Below, piece by piece: positions 19,858 to 28,822 of a stretch of DNA of 64,000 nucleotides; positions within the stretch are counted from its first letter, which is position 1, and each line of letters opens with the position of its first letter. Below the pieces are notes generated by a model. It had not been told where the DNA came from, ran no database searches, and worked only from the letters and a program-made list of their open reading frames with translations. Location: contig CAWAPJ010000010.1 of assembly GCA_963783885.1 (NCBI GenBank), positions 32,001-96,000 on the forward strand, in the 5' to 3' direction. The DNA comes from Waddliaceae bacterium (GTDB taxonomy: Bacteria > Chlamydiota > Chlamydiia > Chlamydiales > SLFE01). The translations under genes and the position numbers were made by a program.

Positions 19858-21282
19858 TTAATTTTTGTAGGGAGGTTTAACTTGGGGGATAAAGGCTGTA
19901 TCGAGATATTTTTTTGGCACTTCTTCCCACCGGCGTCCATAATAACGATGAAGTTTTCCGGGGACGCACCCTTTGGCAAACACATTGGGCATAGAGAAGA
20001 AATCAGGTTTTTTCCAATCCCCAAAAACGAGCGATTTAGTTTTCCAGTTTTCTGAATTCTCATAATTGCATAATTGCTGCAGAGCTTTGCATTCATCTTT
20101 CTTTAAAGGGAGCTGAGTGACATTAGGAATGATTCCATGGGTGATGATATGGGCTTTGATGCGCCCATTAAGCGGCCAACCGTCGAACATTTTGATTGCT
20201 TCCTTGATTTTCTTATAAGCGGCAGTTGTCATATAGGGGATGATAAAAATCAGATGCTGCTGAGCAATTGTGTTTGGGTTGCCGGGAGCGATCCTAGCCG
20301 CTTGGTTCCAAAGTTTATGTATGATTTTTTCATCTATTTGAGTTCCCGAATAACTGCAGTCGTCAAAAATCAAAAGAGCATGATTTTCCTTTTTGAGAAA
20401 CTCGGTATTAGTCCCATCAAAATCAAAGTCCCCTCCAAATAGGGTTGTATCAGGATGAATATTGACGGCTTCTTGGGGAAAATAACTTAAGTGAGGAAGG
20501 GCCAATTCAGCCACCCATTTTTGGCTTCGTGTTGGAGCATAGGCGACTGAAACATTTTTGATTTCAGGATGTGCGGCGAGAAAAAGATTGAGCTTATGGC
20601 ACGATTTTTTTAAAGCATTAAGGAACTGAGACATTGTGATGTGCATAATGTGGTGGTCGATAACTTTTTTGGCTACATTTCTTATTTTTTCGTCATTAAT
20701 CAGTTCAAGGTATAACTGAGCTTTCTCAGTATCGATCTTTTGGCTTTCGGCAAGGGGAGGATTAGCACTTAGACAAGTTAAATCACATTGGTTTAATCGC
20801 TGCTGAATCTTTGATTTATCAGAAGGTTTTTTGTATGTTTGGCGCGCCCTCCATGTCCTTTGGATGACAGTGGCGGCACGATTTTCGCGATCGGTTGGTT
20901 CTTTATATTTTACACTAAAACGAGTGGATGGCTGATGGGAAGCGGCTGCTTCTTCTGATTTTTCACTAGAATTATGGGAAGACAGAGAAGAAACGGGTGA
21001 TGTTTGGATGACGTAATCATGAGACGATCTCAGGGCGGCTTTTAAACCGAGCATTATCAGAGGCAGGATAATGGTAAAATAGGACGTGATTTTTAAGGCG
21101 GTTGTCAGCATTGATGCTTGACTATCGACCAATTTGACACTTTCGGATTTATCATCAATGGAAATAACCTTGGCTTTTCGCCCTCCGAGATAAAAATAGC
21201 TATCGACCTTTTCCCGAAAGGCCTGCCCATGGGTTTTGGGGTTATTATAGCTAACAGCTGTAAAAAAATTAATATCACTCAT
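19858..21282 (-). CDS. DUF648-like N-terminus + IQ motif + PRTase-like domain; candidate effector
   Basis: NFFTAVSY...EKVDSYFYLGG...ALKITSYFTIILPLIML; AATVIQRTWRARQ; LLIFDDCSYSGTQ. Confidence 0.65.
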   Translation of the reverse strand: MSDINFFTAVSYNNPKTHGQAFREKVDSYFYLGGRKAKVISIDDKSESVKLVDSQASMLTTALKITSYFTIILPLIMLGLKAALRSSHDYVIQTSPVSSLSSHNSSEKSEEAAASHQPSTRFSVKYKEPTDRENRAATVIQRTWRARQTYKKPSDKSKIQQRLNQCDLTCLSANPPLAESQKIDTEKAQLYLELINDEKIRNVAKKVIDHHIMHITMSQFLNALKKSCHKLNLFLAAHPEIKNVSVAYAPTRSQKWVAELALPHLSYFPQEAVNIHPDTTLFGGDFDFDGTNTEFLKKENHALLIFDDCSYSGTQIDEKIIHKLWNQAARIAPGNPNTIAQQHLIFIIPYMTTAAYKKIKEAIKMFDGWPLNGRIKAHIITHGIIPNVTQLPLKKDECKALQQLCNYENSENWKTKSLVFGDWKKPDFFSMPNVFAKGCVPGKLHRYYGRRWEEVPKKYLDTAFIPQVKPPYKN

Positions 21283-21373
21283 TATTTATCTAGTAAATAT
21301 TATATAAGACGTTATTATCCTCAATAATTATTAAGATTTAATTAATAATAGAGAAGGTCACTTACATAGAGAT

Positions 21374-21458
21374 TGCGGCCAAGAAGACTTGAACTTCCAC
21401 CGAGATAATCTCGACAAGAACCTGAATCTTGCGCGTCTACCAATTCCGCCATGGCCGC
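21374..21458 (-). tRNA. tRNA-Leu(CAG)
   Basis: GCGGCCATGGCGGAATTGGTAGACGCG CAAGA-TTCAGGT-TCTTG, long variable arm, GTTCAAGTC. Confidence 0.93.
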
Positions 21459-21471
21459 AAAAAAAAAAGAT

Positions 21472-21554
21472 TGCCGAAGGTGGGACTCGAACCCACACCC
21501 GGTTGCCCAGAGCAGATTTTGAATCTACCGCGTCTACCGTTCCGCCACTTCGGC
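21472..21554 (-). tRNA. tRNA-Leu(CAA)
   Basis: GCCGAAGTGGCGGAACGGTAGACGCG GTAGA-TTCAAAA-TCTGC, long variable arm, GGTTCGAGTCC. Confidence 0.93.
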
Positions 21555-21668
21555 AAGAGCAAAATTATATGAAAAAGAGGATTTAAATTAAAAGGATATT
21601 GTGTCAGATGGCACTGGCGCAAAATAAAATTTTTGTTCGATAATGGCAATTTGAATTAGGAGGTAGCT

Positions 21669-22010
21669 ATGATTGAAGGAATTAAAAGGGGTTTTTTCGA
21701 CAATTATAATCAGAGAAACTGGGAAGCTCTTAAAGAAATTTACACAGTTGACGCGGTCATTCATACACCGGTAGGGGATCTTAAAGGCGGGCAGGCAGTT
21801 GTTGATATCGCAAAAAGGAAGTTGAAGGCCATGCCGGATATGCAGTTCACTCCCTTGTTTGGCAGTTATGACGATAATATTGTTGTTTTGCAGTGGTGCG
21901 CGAAGGGAACTGCAGTTGGTTCTGAGAAGGAAGAAACTGTCTTTTGCGGCAGCTATAAATTTCGCATGAGCGGCAAGATGGTGGCTGAACAATGGGAAAA
22001 AAGGTATTGA
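21669..22010 (+). CDS. SnoaL/NTF2-like (ester cyclase family) protein
   Basis: 113 aa, AGGAGG RBS; FFDNYNQRNWEALKEIYTVDAVIH...AMPDMQF...GKMVAEQW pattern. Confidence 0.7.
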   Translation: MIEGIKRGFFDNYNQRNWEALKEIYTVDAVIHTPVGDLKGGQAVVDIAKRKLKAMPDMQFTPLFGSYDDNIVVLQWCAKGTAVGSEKEETVFCGSYKFRMSGKMVAEQWEKRY

Positions 22011-23231
22011 TTACTTATCGAAGCAGCCGATTTCATCGGACGTCTCTTCGGAAGAGTCTGATTCTTCGAGGAGATGAGCGGTAGTTCCGGGAGGGTGGCG
22101 GTACCAGCCCGGATCTTCATAGCTGGTGATCCCTTCGCGCACTTTCACCACTGTAAACATGCCTGACAGTTCTATGTTGCCGAATTGCCCGGGAACGCCC
22201 CAGGGGACAAAGTTGGAGGGGCGTGGAATTTGGCGGTGCTTTTCGGTAAACATATTCCCGAATCCTTTTTGTCCCATAGGCATGTAGCCGGGTATGAGGG
22301 CGGCGATCCGCTTGGCGACTTCCCCTTGGTCGGCGCCGAGCATATTGGTCCCGAGGCCCATGCCGTTCATTGCCGCGTGATGGGTGATATGGCAGTGCAT
22401 GGCCCAGTCGCCGGGGTTGTCGGCAGTAAATTCGATGTCGCGGGTCGTGCCGACAGGAACGTTGATGGTCACGGTGGACCACTGAGCCGATTCGGGCAGT
22501 CTTGCGGCGCCCATTCTTGTGACCATAAACTCATAGCCGTGAAGATGAATGGGATGGGGAATAAGGCTGAGGTTGCCGTATCGGATCCTGACTTTTTGTC
22601 CCTGTCTGATGACAAGGGGTTCGGTTTTTGGGAAGAAGCAGCTGTTGAAGGTAAAATAATTGAGGTCCATGGTCATGACATTGGGAGTGGCTGCTCCCGC
22701 GGGTATGGACCAGGCCATCAGCATAATGACAAAATCCCTGTCGACGGGTTCTTCTTCCGGCTCTTTGGGATGAATGATGAAAAAGCCCATCATTCCCATA
22801 CCGATTTGGGTGATGTCATCGTAGTGGGGGTGGTACATGTAGGTGCCGTTTTGTTTGAGTGTGAACTCGTAAACAAATGTTTCTCCGGGAGGAATTTCGG
22901 GTTGGGTCAAAGCCATGACGCCGTCCATTCCGTTTGGAAGGATGATGCCGTGCCAGTGTACTGTGGTGGGCTCGGGAAGTTTGTTGGTGACAAGAATGCG
23001 GACACGGTCGCCTTCGACAGCCTCGATCACCGGTCCCGGAGACTGCCCGTTGTATCCCCAGCAGTTGACGACCATCCCCGGAGAAAATTCCTGTTTGATC
23101 GGTTCTGCTATGAGGTGGAATTCTTTGACTCCATCGACCATTTTGTAGGGCAGCGTCGAGCCGTTCGGCATTGTGACGGGGGTATACGCCATCAGTGAAA
23201 GGGGTAAGAGCAAAAGGCAAAACCATTTCAT
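22011..23231 (-). CDS. Multicopper oxidase (copper resistance)
   Basis: Signal peptide; copper ligands HWHG, MYHPH, HPIHLHG, HCHITHH. Confidence 0.92.
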   Translation of the reverse strand: MKWFCLLLLPLSLMAYTPVTMPNGSTLPYKMVDGVKEFHLIAEPIKQEFSPGMVVNCWGYNGQSPGPVIEAVEGDRVRILVTNKLPEPTTVHWHGIILPNGMDGVMALTQPEIPPGETFVYEFTLKQNGTYMYHPHYDDITQIGMGMMGFFIIHPKEPEEEPVDRDFVIMLMAWSIPAGAATPNVMTMDLNYFTFNSCFFPKTEPLVIRQGQKVRIRYGNLSLIPHPIHLHGYEFMVTRMGAARLPESAQWSTVTINVPVGTTRDIEFTADNPGDWAMHCHITHHAAMNGMGLGTNMLGADQGEVAKRIAALIPGYMPMGQKGFGNMFTEKHRQIPRPSNFVPWGVPGQFGNIELSGMFTVVKVREGITSYEDPGWYRHPPGTTAHLLEESDSSEETSDEIGCFDK

Positions 23232-24562
23232 GGGAGGCCCCCTCCCACAGCAAGCGTGAGATTGGCCCGGAAGATCAGGTAATCCCGGGCGGTGTCGGCA
23301 ATCATCATTTTTGTGCTGATTTCTTCGGCTTTGGACTCAAGAAGCTCATAAACTCCTGCGTTCATAAAGTTGTAGAGGCAAAGGGTTTGATCGATGATCA
23401 ATTTGTTATTGGGGAGGATGATATCCAACAGATCATCCAGCTTTTCTTTCGAGACAACCACCCCTTCAAATGCAGTGTTGACATCTTGGGAAACCTGCAG
23501 GGCCAAATTTCGGTACATTTGATAACTTTGCTGAAATTCCGCGCAGGCTCTCATTCGGTCGCCCTGGCCGTAATTGAACACAGGAATCTCAAGAGCGAAA
23601 CCGGGCCCTGTTTTTCTCAATCCATCGGGTTCGCTTTCATAAGCGGCTCCTGCCATAAAATCCGTGTAGGCCCACCAGCGGTAGAGGCCGAAAGAGGCGG
23701 CGATGCTGTCGGTTTTAAGTCGTTGCGCTAAAAGGTCGAGTCTTTGGCAAAAGGCAATCTCGAGCAAATCTTCTCTGCAAAGCAGAGGGGTTTCAGGGAC
23801 GGACGTTCGGCAAGGGATGTGAATTTCCGTATCGCAGATTCCCATGAGATGGGCCAGCTGCTGCCGATGAGTGTTGACATCGATTTGCATTGAGCGGTAT
23901 TGCTGCAGGGCGTGTTGATAAACATCCCAATAATGATTGAGATCGAGAGCATAGATAATGCCCGCTTCATGTTGCTTTCTCGCCAGCAGATACTGCAGCT
24001 CTTTGACTTCCAGAAGCTGGTTTTGAAGGTCGAGGTTTGCCCGGGCGGCTTGAAGAGAATAATAGCTTGAGCAGACCTGTTGGATAAAAGAGAACATCTC
24101 ATGAGCGACTTGAGCGTTTGTCTCGGCTAAAGCAAGCGAGGCGGTTTTTTTTCGGATAGGCTGAAGCAGTATATTGACAATTGGCTGCAATGCGTCAATT
24201 TCCGTGTTGAAAAGAACATAAGGCTGGTCGGGGATTCTGACGGCTGCTCCGAAAATGGGATTGGCAATCAAGCTGGCATTGACAAGGTCGGCTTGGGCGA
24301 TGCCGATCATTTCGAACAGAGCTTGTATTTCGGGACTGTTCAAAAGGGCGATTTGAACGGCTGATTCTACCGTGAGTTCATCAGTGAGAAGGCAGGAGAT
24401 CGTGTCTTCTTTGCATGTCGGCAGCCTCCTGTCCCAAGAGACTTCGTAACCGCTTCTTTCCGAGACAGTTTCGTTGACGCATTGCGCTGCCGGGTCGGGC
24501 ACCCGGGCGCAGCCGGCTAAAAGTAGAACAATGCACGTTGCGTAGAATCGTTTTTTCATCAT
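23228..24562 (-). CDS. TolC-family outer membrane lipoprotein coupled to the copper oxidase
   Basis: Lipobox LLAGC; AVQIALLNSPEIQA, LEIPVFNYGQG; 4-nt overlap with the oxidase gene. Confidence 0.85.
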   Translation of the reverse strand: MMKKRFYATCIVLLLAGCARVPDPAAQCVNETVSERSGYEVSWDRRLPTCKEDTISCLLTDELTVESAVQIALLNSPEIQALFEMIGIAQADLVNASLIANPIFGAAVRIPDQPYVLFNTEIDALQPIVNILLQPIRKKTASLALAETNAQVAHEMFSFIQQVCSSYYSLQAARANLDLQNQLLEVKELQYLLARKQHEAGIIYALDLNHYWDVYQHALQQYRSMQIDVNTHRQQLAHLMGICDTEIHIPCRTSVPETPLLCREDLLEIAFCQRLDLLAQRLKTDSIAASFGLYRWWAYTDFMAGAAYESEPDGLRKTGPGFALEIPVFNYGQGDRMRACAEFQQSYQMYRNLALQVSQDVNTAFEGVVVSKEKLDDLLDIILPNNKLIIDQTLCLYNFMNAGVYELLESKAEEISTKMMIADTARDYLIFRANLTLAVGGGLP

Positions 24563-24588
24563 GATAAAAATTTATCATGATGAAAAAA
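24551..24588. repeat. Perfect 18-bp inverted repeat over the TolC start codon
   Basis: TTTTTTCATCATGATAAA-aa-TTTATCATGATGAAAAAA. Confidence 0.85.
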
Positions 24589-24592
24589 TAAT

Positions 24593-26365
24593 TTATTTCA
24601 AAAGAGTTTTTACAGCTTGCAGGTATTCCTCGGCAATGACGTCGCAGTGTTCGATACCCAGATCGACCGGAGATGTTTTATCGCTTTGAACTTCGGCATA
24701 GATTTTGACTTTGGGTTCTGTTCCCGAAGGTCTGATCGCCACTTTCGAGCCGTCTTCAAGCCAATAAACGAGAACATCGGATCGGGGAAGTTCCAGTTTT
24801 TCAGTTTTTCCCGAGTGGGTATATGTCTTAGTGGACGAGAGGTAATCGTCTATCACTTCGATTTTGCTGCCTAGCAGGGATTCCGGTGCCGATTCGCGCA
24901 GAGTTTCCATTGAGTTTTTCATCTGCTCGCGTCCTTCTTTGGTTTCTCCAAAGTTCAGTGAACAGAGCTTTGCCCGATAAACGCCATATTTTTTGTAGAT
25001 ATCGTGCAAACGGTCGACAAGGGTTTTATTTTCTTTTTTTGCTTGCAGGGCAGCCTCGGCAAGCAGGCAGCTGACAATGACAGCGTCTTTGTCTCTTGCG
25101 TAATCGCTCAGGAGGTAGCCGTAGGATTCTTCTCCGCCGAAGATGAAGGTGAGTCCTTCGGGATCATGCTCCCATTTGTTCATCATCTGGCCGATGTATT
25201 TGAATCCGGTCAGAACATTGAAGCAAGGGACGCTGTAGTGGCCGGTAATCGCTTTGAAAAGCTCGGTGGTGACGATGGTTTTAATAAAGGCGGGATTCTT
25301 CGGCATCTTTTTTTGGCTTGTGAGTGCCTCCAGAATATGTTCAAGGCAAAGGCAGGCAATTTCATTGCCGTCGAGAATAGTGATTTTATTCATGTGGTTG
25401 ACGGCGCATCCGATGCGGTCGGTATCGGCGTCTGTAGCGAGCAGGATGTCGCCCCGGATTTCGACTAAAGAGTTGATGCCCAGTTTCAAAGCATCGCGAA
25501 TTTCAGGGTTCGGGGCCGGAACTGTGGGAAACGTTCCGTCAGTCGATACCTGGCTTTCGACAATATGCGTATTGATGAAACCCCACATGGCAAGAGCCTG
25601 GGGAACAATTGTGATGCCGGCTCCGTGCAGGCTTGTGTAGATGATTTTTAGCGAGTCACCCAGCTGCTGGTTGTCTTTTGCATAATGCTGCAGTTTTTCG
25701 ATGGTTTGAAGGTAGGCCTCATCGACATCGGGGCCATACCAGACTATATTGGGGTCGCTAAGATCGGCCGCTTTAATTTGATCGAGCTCGGTCACTTTGC
25801 TTACCTCTTCAATAATGCCGACGTCGTGTGGAGGAAGGACCTGAGCGCCATCGCCCCAGTAGACTTTATAGCCATTGTAGGCGGGCGGGTTGTGAGACGC
25901 AGTAATCATCACTCCTGCCTGGCAATGTTTAAAGCGAGTGCCGAACGAGACGAGAGGAACGGGTCTCAAGTCTTCATTGATATAGGCTCTGATGCCGTTG
26001 GCGGCGAGAACGCGGGCGGTTTCTTCGGCAAAGAGGCGGGAATTCAAACGGGAGTCGTAGCCGATCAACACGGAAATGGGCGACTCGGTAAATTTTTGTT
26101 TTTTCAGATAATTGGCCAAACCTTGCGTCGCTCCACGAACGGTGTAGATGTTCATACGGTTGGTCCCCGGCCCCATTAATCCTCGCAGTCCCGCCGTTCC
26201 GAATTTGAGAGTTGTATAAAACGCGTTCACCAGTTCTTGAGGCTGCTTTTCCTGAAGGCCGCGGATTTTGGCTTTGGTCTCCTCGTCGAAGCTGCCGCTT
26301 AGCCAGGTCTCGACATTTTTCTTTGTTGCAGCATCCAAGGAGATGGTTTGGGGTGAAGTCGCCAT
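24593..26365 (-). CDS. pgm: Phosphoglucomutase/phosphomannomutase
   Basis: FGTAGLRG, ITASHNP, DADTDR, GGEESYG, RPSGTEPK. Start moved to MATSPQ. Confidence 0.92.
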   Translation of the reverse strand: MATSPQTISLDAATKKNVETWLSGSFDEETKAKIRGLQEKQPQELVNAFYTTLKFGTAGLRGLMGPGTNRMNIYTVRGATQGLANYLKKQKFTESPISVLIGYDSRLNSRLFAEETARVLAANGIRAYINEDLRPVPLVSFGTRFKHCQAGVMITASHNPPAYNGYKVYWGDGAQVLPPHDVGIIEEVSKVTELDQIKAADLSDPNIVWYGPDVDEAYLQTIEKLQHYAKDNQQLGDSLKIIYTSLHGAGITIVPQALAMWGFINTHIVESQVSTDGTFPTVPAPNPEIRDALKLGINSLVEIRGDILLATDADTDRIGCAVNHMNKITILDGNEIACLCLEHILEALTSQKKMPKNPAFIKTIVTTELFKAITGHYSVPCFNVLTGFKYIGQMMNKWEHDPEGLTFIFGGEESYGYLLSDYARDKDAVIVSCLLAEAALQAKKENKTLVDRLHDIYKKYGVYRAKLCSLNFGETKEGREQMKNSMETLRESAPESLLGSKIEVIDDYLSSTKTYTHSGKTEKLELPRSDVLVYWLEDGSKVAIRPSGTEPKVKIYAEVQSDKTSPVDLGIEHCDVIAEEYLQAVKTLLK

Positions 26366-26367
26366 GA

Positions 26368-27132
26368 TTAAACCCTTTCTTTTAATGTTTGTACAGCAGT
26401 GGCGAGATCGAGGAAATGCCGCCCGGCCTCTTCGTCCCCGCTGTGGCACGATGAGGGATATCCCTCGTCGCTTCCCCGGCGGATTGCCAAGGCGATGGGG
26501 ATGCTTCCCAAAAGAGGAAGATTTAAATTGCGGGCCAATTCGCGGGCCTTTCCTTCTCCGAATATCGGGTATTTTTCGTTTGTGCCGGGAACGGTAAAAC
26601 CCGCCATGTTTTCGATGATCCCCAATATGGGAATTTGCAGCTGATCGAAAGAGTTGATCGCTTTGACCGCGTCGAGCACAGCCACCTCCTGAGGAGTCGT
26701 GACGATTAAAGCTCCTTCGATCTTAAGCAGCTCTGAAAGCGATAGGGGAACATCTCCGGTGCCAGGGGGCAGGTCTATTAGTAATATGTCCAGCTGACCC
26801 CATTCTACTCCGGATATCATTTTTTGCAACATCCCATGGAGCATGGGGCCCCGCCAGAGGACCGAGCGCGCCTCCTCCAAAAAAAAGCCGATAGACATGA
26901 TATGGACGCCAAACTTAGTAAAGGGGATGATCCGCTCAAACCCTTCGCGGTCAATGGTTGTTTGAGGGCTCAGCTGCCGAAGTCCGGTCATGATCGGAAT
27001 CGATGGGCCATAGAGGTCGGCGTCTAAAACTCCTACCTTAAGGCCCTGTTTTGCTAGGGCAACCGCTAAATTGATCGTTACAGTTGATTTGCCAACCCCA
27101 CCCTTTCCCGATCCTATCGCGATCACTTGCAT
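26368..27132 (-). CDS. mrp: Mrp/NBP35 (ApbC) Fe-S carrier ATPase
   Basis: SGKGGVGKST, DADLYGPSIP, WRGPM, DLPPGTGD, IENM. Confidence 0.92.
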   Translation of the reverse strand: MQVIAIGSGKGGVGKSTVTINLAVALAKQGLKVGVLDADLYGPSIPIMTGLRQLSPQTTIDREGFERIIPFTKFGVHIMSIGFFLEEARSVLWRGPMLHGMLQKMISGVEWGQLDILLIDLPPGTGDVPLSLSELLKIEGALIVTTPQEVAVLDAVKAINSFDQLQIPILGIIENMAGFTVPGTNEKYPIFGEGKARELARNLNLPLLGSIPIALAIRRGSDEGYPSSCHSGDEEAGRHFLDLATAVQTLKERV

Positions 27133-27572
27133 GACTCGTATTCCATTTGCCGGGTTAAGTTCTCTTCGATCTCATCGCATGGAACGAGTTCATCGCCCTT
27201 GTCGATCCCTTCGCAATCTGCCGCGGCCTTTTGCCACGCCTGCTCGGATGTTAAATTTTGCAGCCACCAAGGAAAGGTGCGGCATTGCGTGGGCCTCACA
27301 GGGTAAATTTGACATTTGTTGTCTTTAAGAAAAATGCAGTCGTAATTTCCCGCTCTCTCAAGGAGAGCGAATCGACTGCCGACTTTACGGAGATATTTTT
27401 TTCCGAATTCTTCTAATGAAATGTTGAGAAATTCGGCCATAGCGACGATTTCATCTTCGCAGGCCCACGTATAGCCGGGAGAGCCGCTGCAGCATTTGCC
27501 GCACTCTGTACATTTGAAATTGAGCCCTCTCTTATACCAGGGATTGACGACTTTTAATTTTGATTCACTCAT
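27123..27572 (-). CDS. YkgJ family cysteine cluster protein
   Basis: CTECGKCC, CIFL, CQIYPVRPTQCRTFPWW, CEGI. Confidence 0.9.
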   Translation of the reverse strand: MSESKLKVVNPWYKRGLNFKCTECGKCCSGSPGYTWACEDEIVAMAEFLNISLEEFGKKYLRKVGSRFALLERAGNYDCIFLKDNKCQIYPVRPTQCRTFPWWLQNLTSEQAWQKAAADCEGIDKGDELVPCDEIEENLTRQMEYESCK

Positions 27573-27687
27573 TTTCTTTAAGCATTTGCCGGATTCCGGC
27601 GACGACAAACAAGATCAGAAAAACGCCGCAGACAGCGCCGACAACAGCGACTTCCGTCAGTAGGCTGGCAAGAATTCCATATGGCAT
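27565..27687 (-). CDS. 40-aa small membrane protein (not in the ORF track)
   Basis: AGGAG RBS 6 nt before ATG; MPYGILASLLTEVAVVGAVCGVFLILFVVAGIRQMLKENE; stop overlaps the YkgJ start (ATGAGTGA). Confidence 0.65.
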   Translation of the reverse strand: MPYGILASLLTEVAVVGAVCGVFLILFVVAGIRQMLKENE

Positions 27688-27736
27688 AAACTTCTCCTAA
27701 ACCCTGAGTAATGATAGGTCATGATAAGGGTGATTG

Positions 27737-28738
27737 TCAATTTTTCTTTGGTTTAAGCTGTTTTTTGGAAAATGCCAGCACGTCCCTTGCTGTTTGGCTG
27801 ATCTCTTCAGAATTGATTTGAATTGTTTGCTTTAAGAGACGAAGATAAACTTTCTCGGAAGCGGCATACCAAAGAAGCGCCTTGGCATAATTGAGTTTGA
27901 GATTATGGGCTTCGGCATCAGATAAGCCCAGCAAATTTTTTTTGGCCAGAAAGTCAATTCTTTCAATTGTCGATTTGGGAATCTTTTCTACTTGAATGCG
28001 GTCGAATTTGAGCAGTTCCAGGATCAGGTCGGCGAGTTTGTACTGAATAACGCGTAGGATCGGGTATTTGACTCCTTTGATTCTTTTGTGATTATAGGAA
28101 ACTGTTCCTGAAGCTAAGTTTATCTGTTCGGTATTTGGTTTAACTGTTTCGCAGCAAAGTCTTAGGATTTTTCTTGAACCGCCAAGAGCACTTGAGCGGA
28201 ATCGGCCCAAGATTTTTGTTGAGCCTTGCTTTAAATGCTCCTGAAACTTTTTTTTGAAGGCTGTCATGACAGTTTTAGATCCGATTAGCCTGGTCGAATC
28301 CAGCGCTCGGGTAGGGAAAGGACGCTTTCCTTTTTTGTACATCAGCAAGTTATCGCTGTCGATATGGTAAATTTCCAGTTCGTGATGAAAAATGGATAGA
28401 TTGCTTTTTAAGACTTGAATTATTTTTTTGATCAATTCCTCGTCATAATCTTTTTTTGTCGGGATAATTGCTTGTATTTCAACGTTTGAACTTTTGTTGA
28501 TTTTTTCTTGTCTTCCATCGCTTCCTGTATAGGCAAGGCAAAGATTCGAGCTTTTAGAAAGATCAGGGATGGCTTGTTCAAATATTTTTTTGGCAATTGA
28601 ATGAACAGAGGCGAATTGGGCTATATCGCTTTGCAGACGGTCGGGGGACAGTTCCTTTTGTATACATACTTTAGGAGGTCGATTTTCCGAGTCTGCGACG
28701 GTTATGTAATTATTGAGAAAGTTCGGTTCAAGATTCAT
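27737..28738 (-). CDS. Hypothetical protein with a GlnD/DUF294-type nucleotidyltransferase-like motif
   Basis: 333-aa ORF; LAYTGSDGRQE followed by a beta strand NVEIQAII. Confidence 0.5.
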   Translation of the reverse strand: MNLEPNFLNNYITVADSENRPPKVCIQKELSPDRLQSDIAQFASVHSIAKKIFEQAIPDLSKSSNLCLAYTGSDGRQEKINKSSNVEIQAIIPTKKDYDEELIKKIIQVLKSNLSIFHHELEIYHIDSDNLLMYKKGKRPFPTRALDSTRLIGSKTVMTAFKKKFQEHLKQGSTKILGRFRSSALGGSRKILRLCCETVKPNTEQINLASGTVSYNHKRIKGVKYPILRVIQYKLADLILELLKFDRIQVEKIPKSTIERIDFLAKKNLLGLSDAEAHNLKLNYAKALLWYAASEKVYLRLLKQTIQINSEEISQTARDVLAFSKKQLKPKKN

Positions 28739-28822
28739 ATTAAAAGATTATATATGAAACCGTTAAAGATAGTATAAAGATTATCAGTATTCTTTTTTTG
28801 CCGATTTTGTTAAACTGGTTTC

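Noticed and set aside
21389-21649. Short ORFs over the tRNA-Leu pair (also 38567-38842 over tRNA-His)
   Set aside because: Explained by the tRNA genes.
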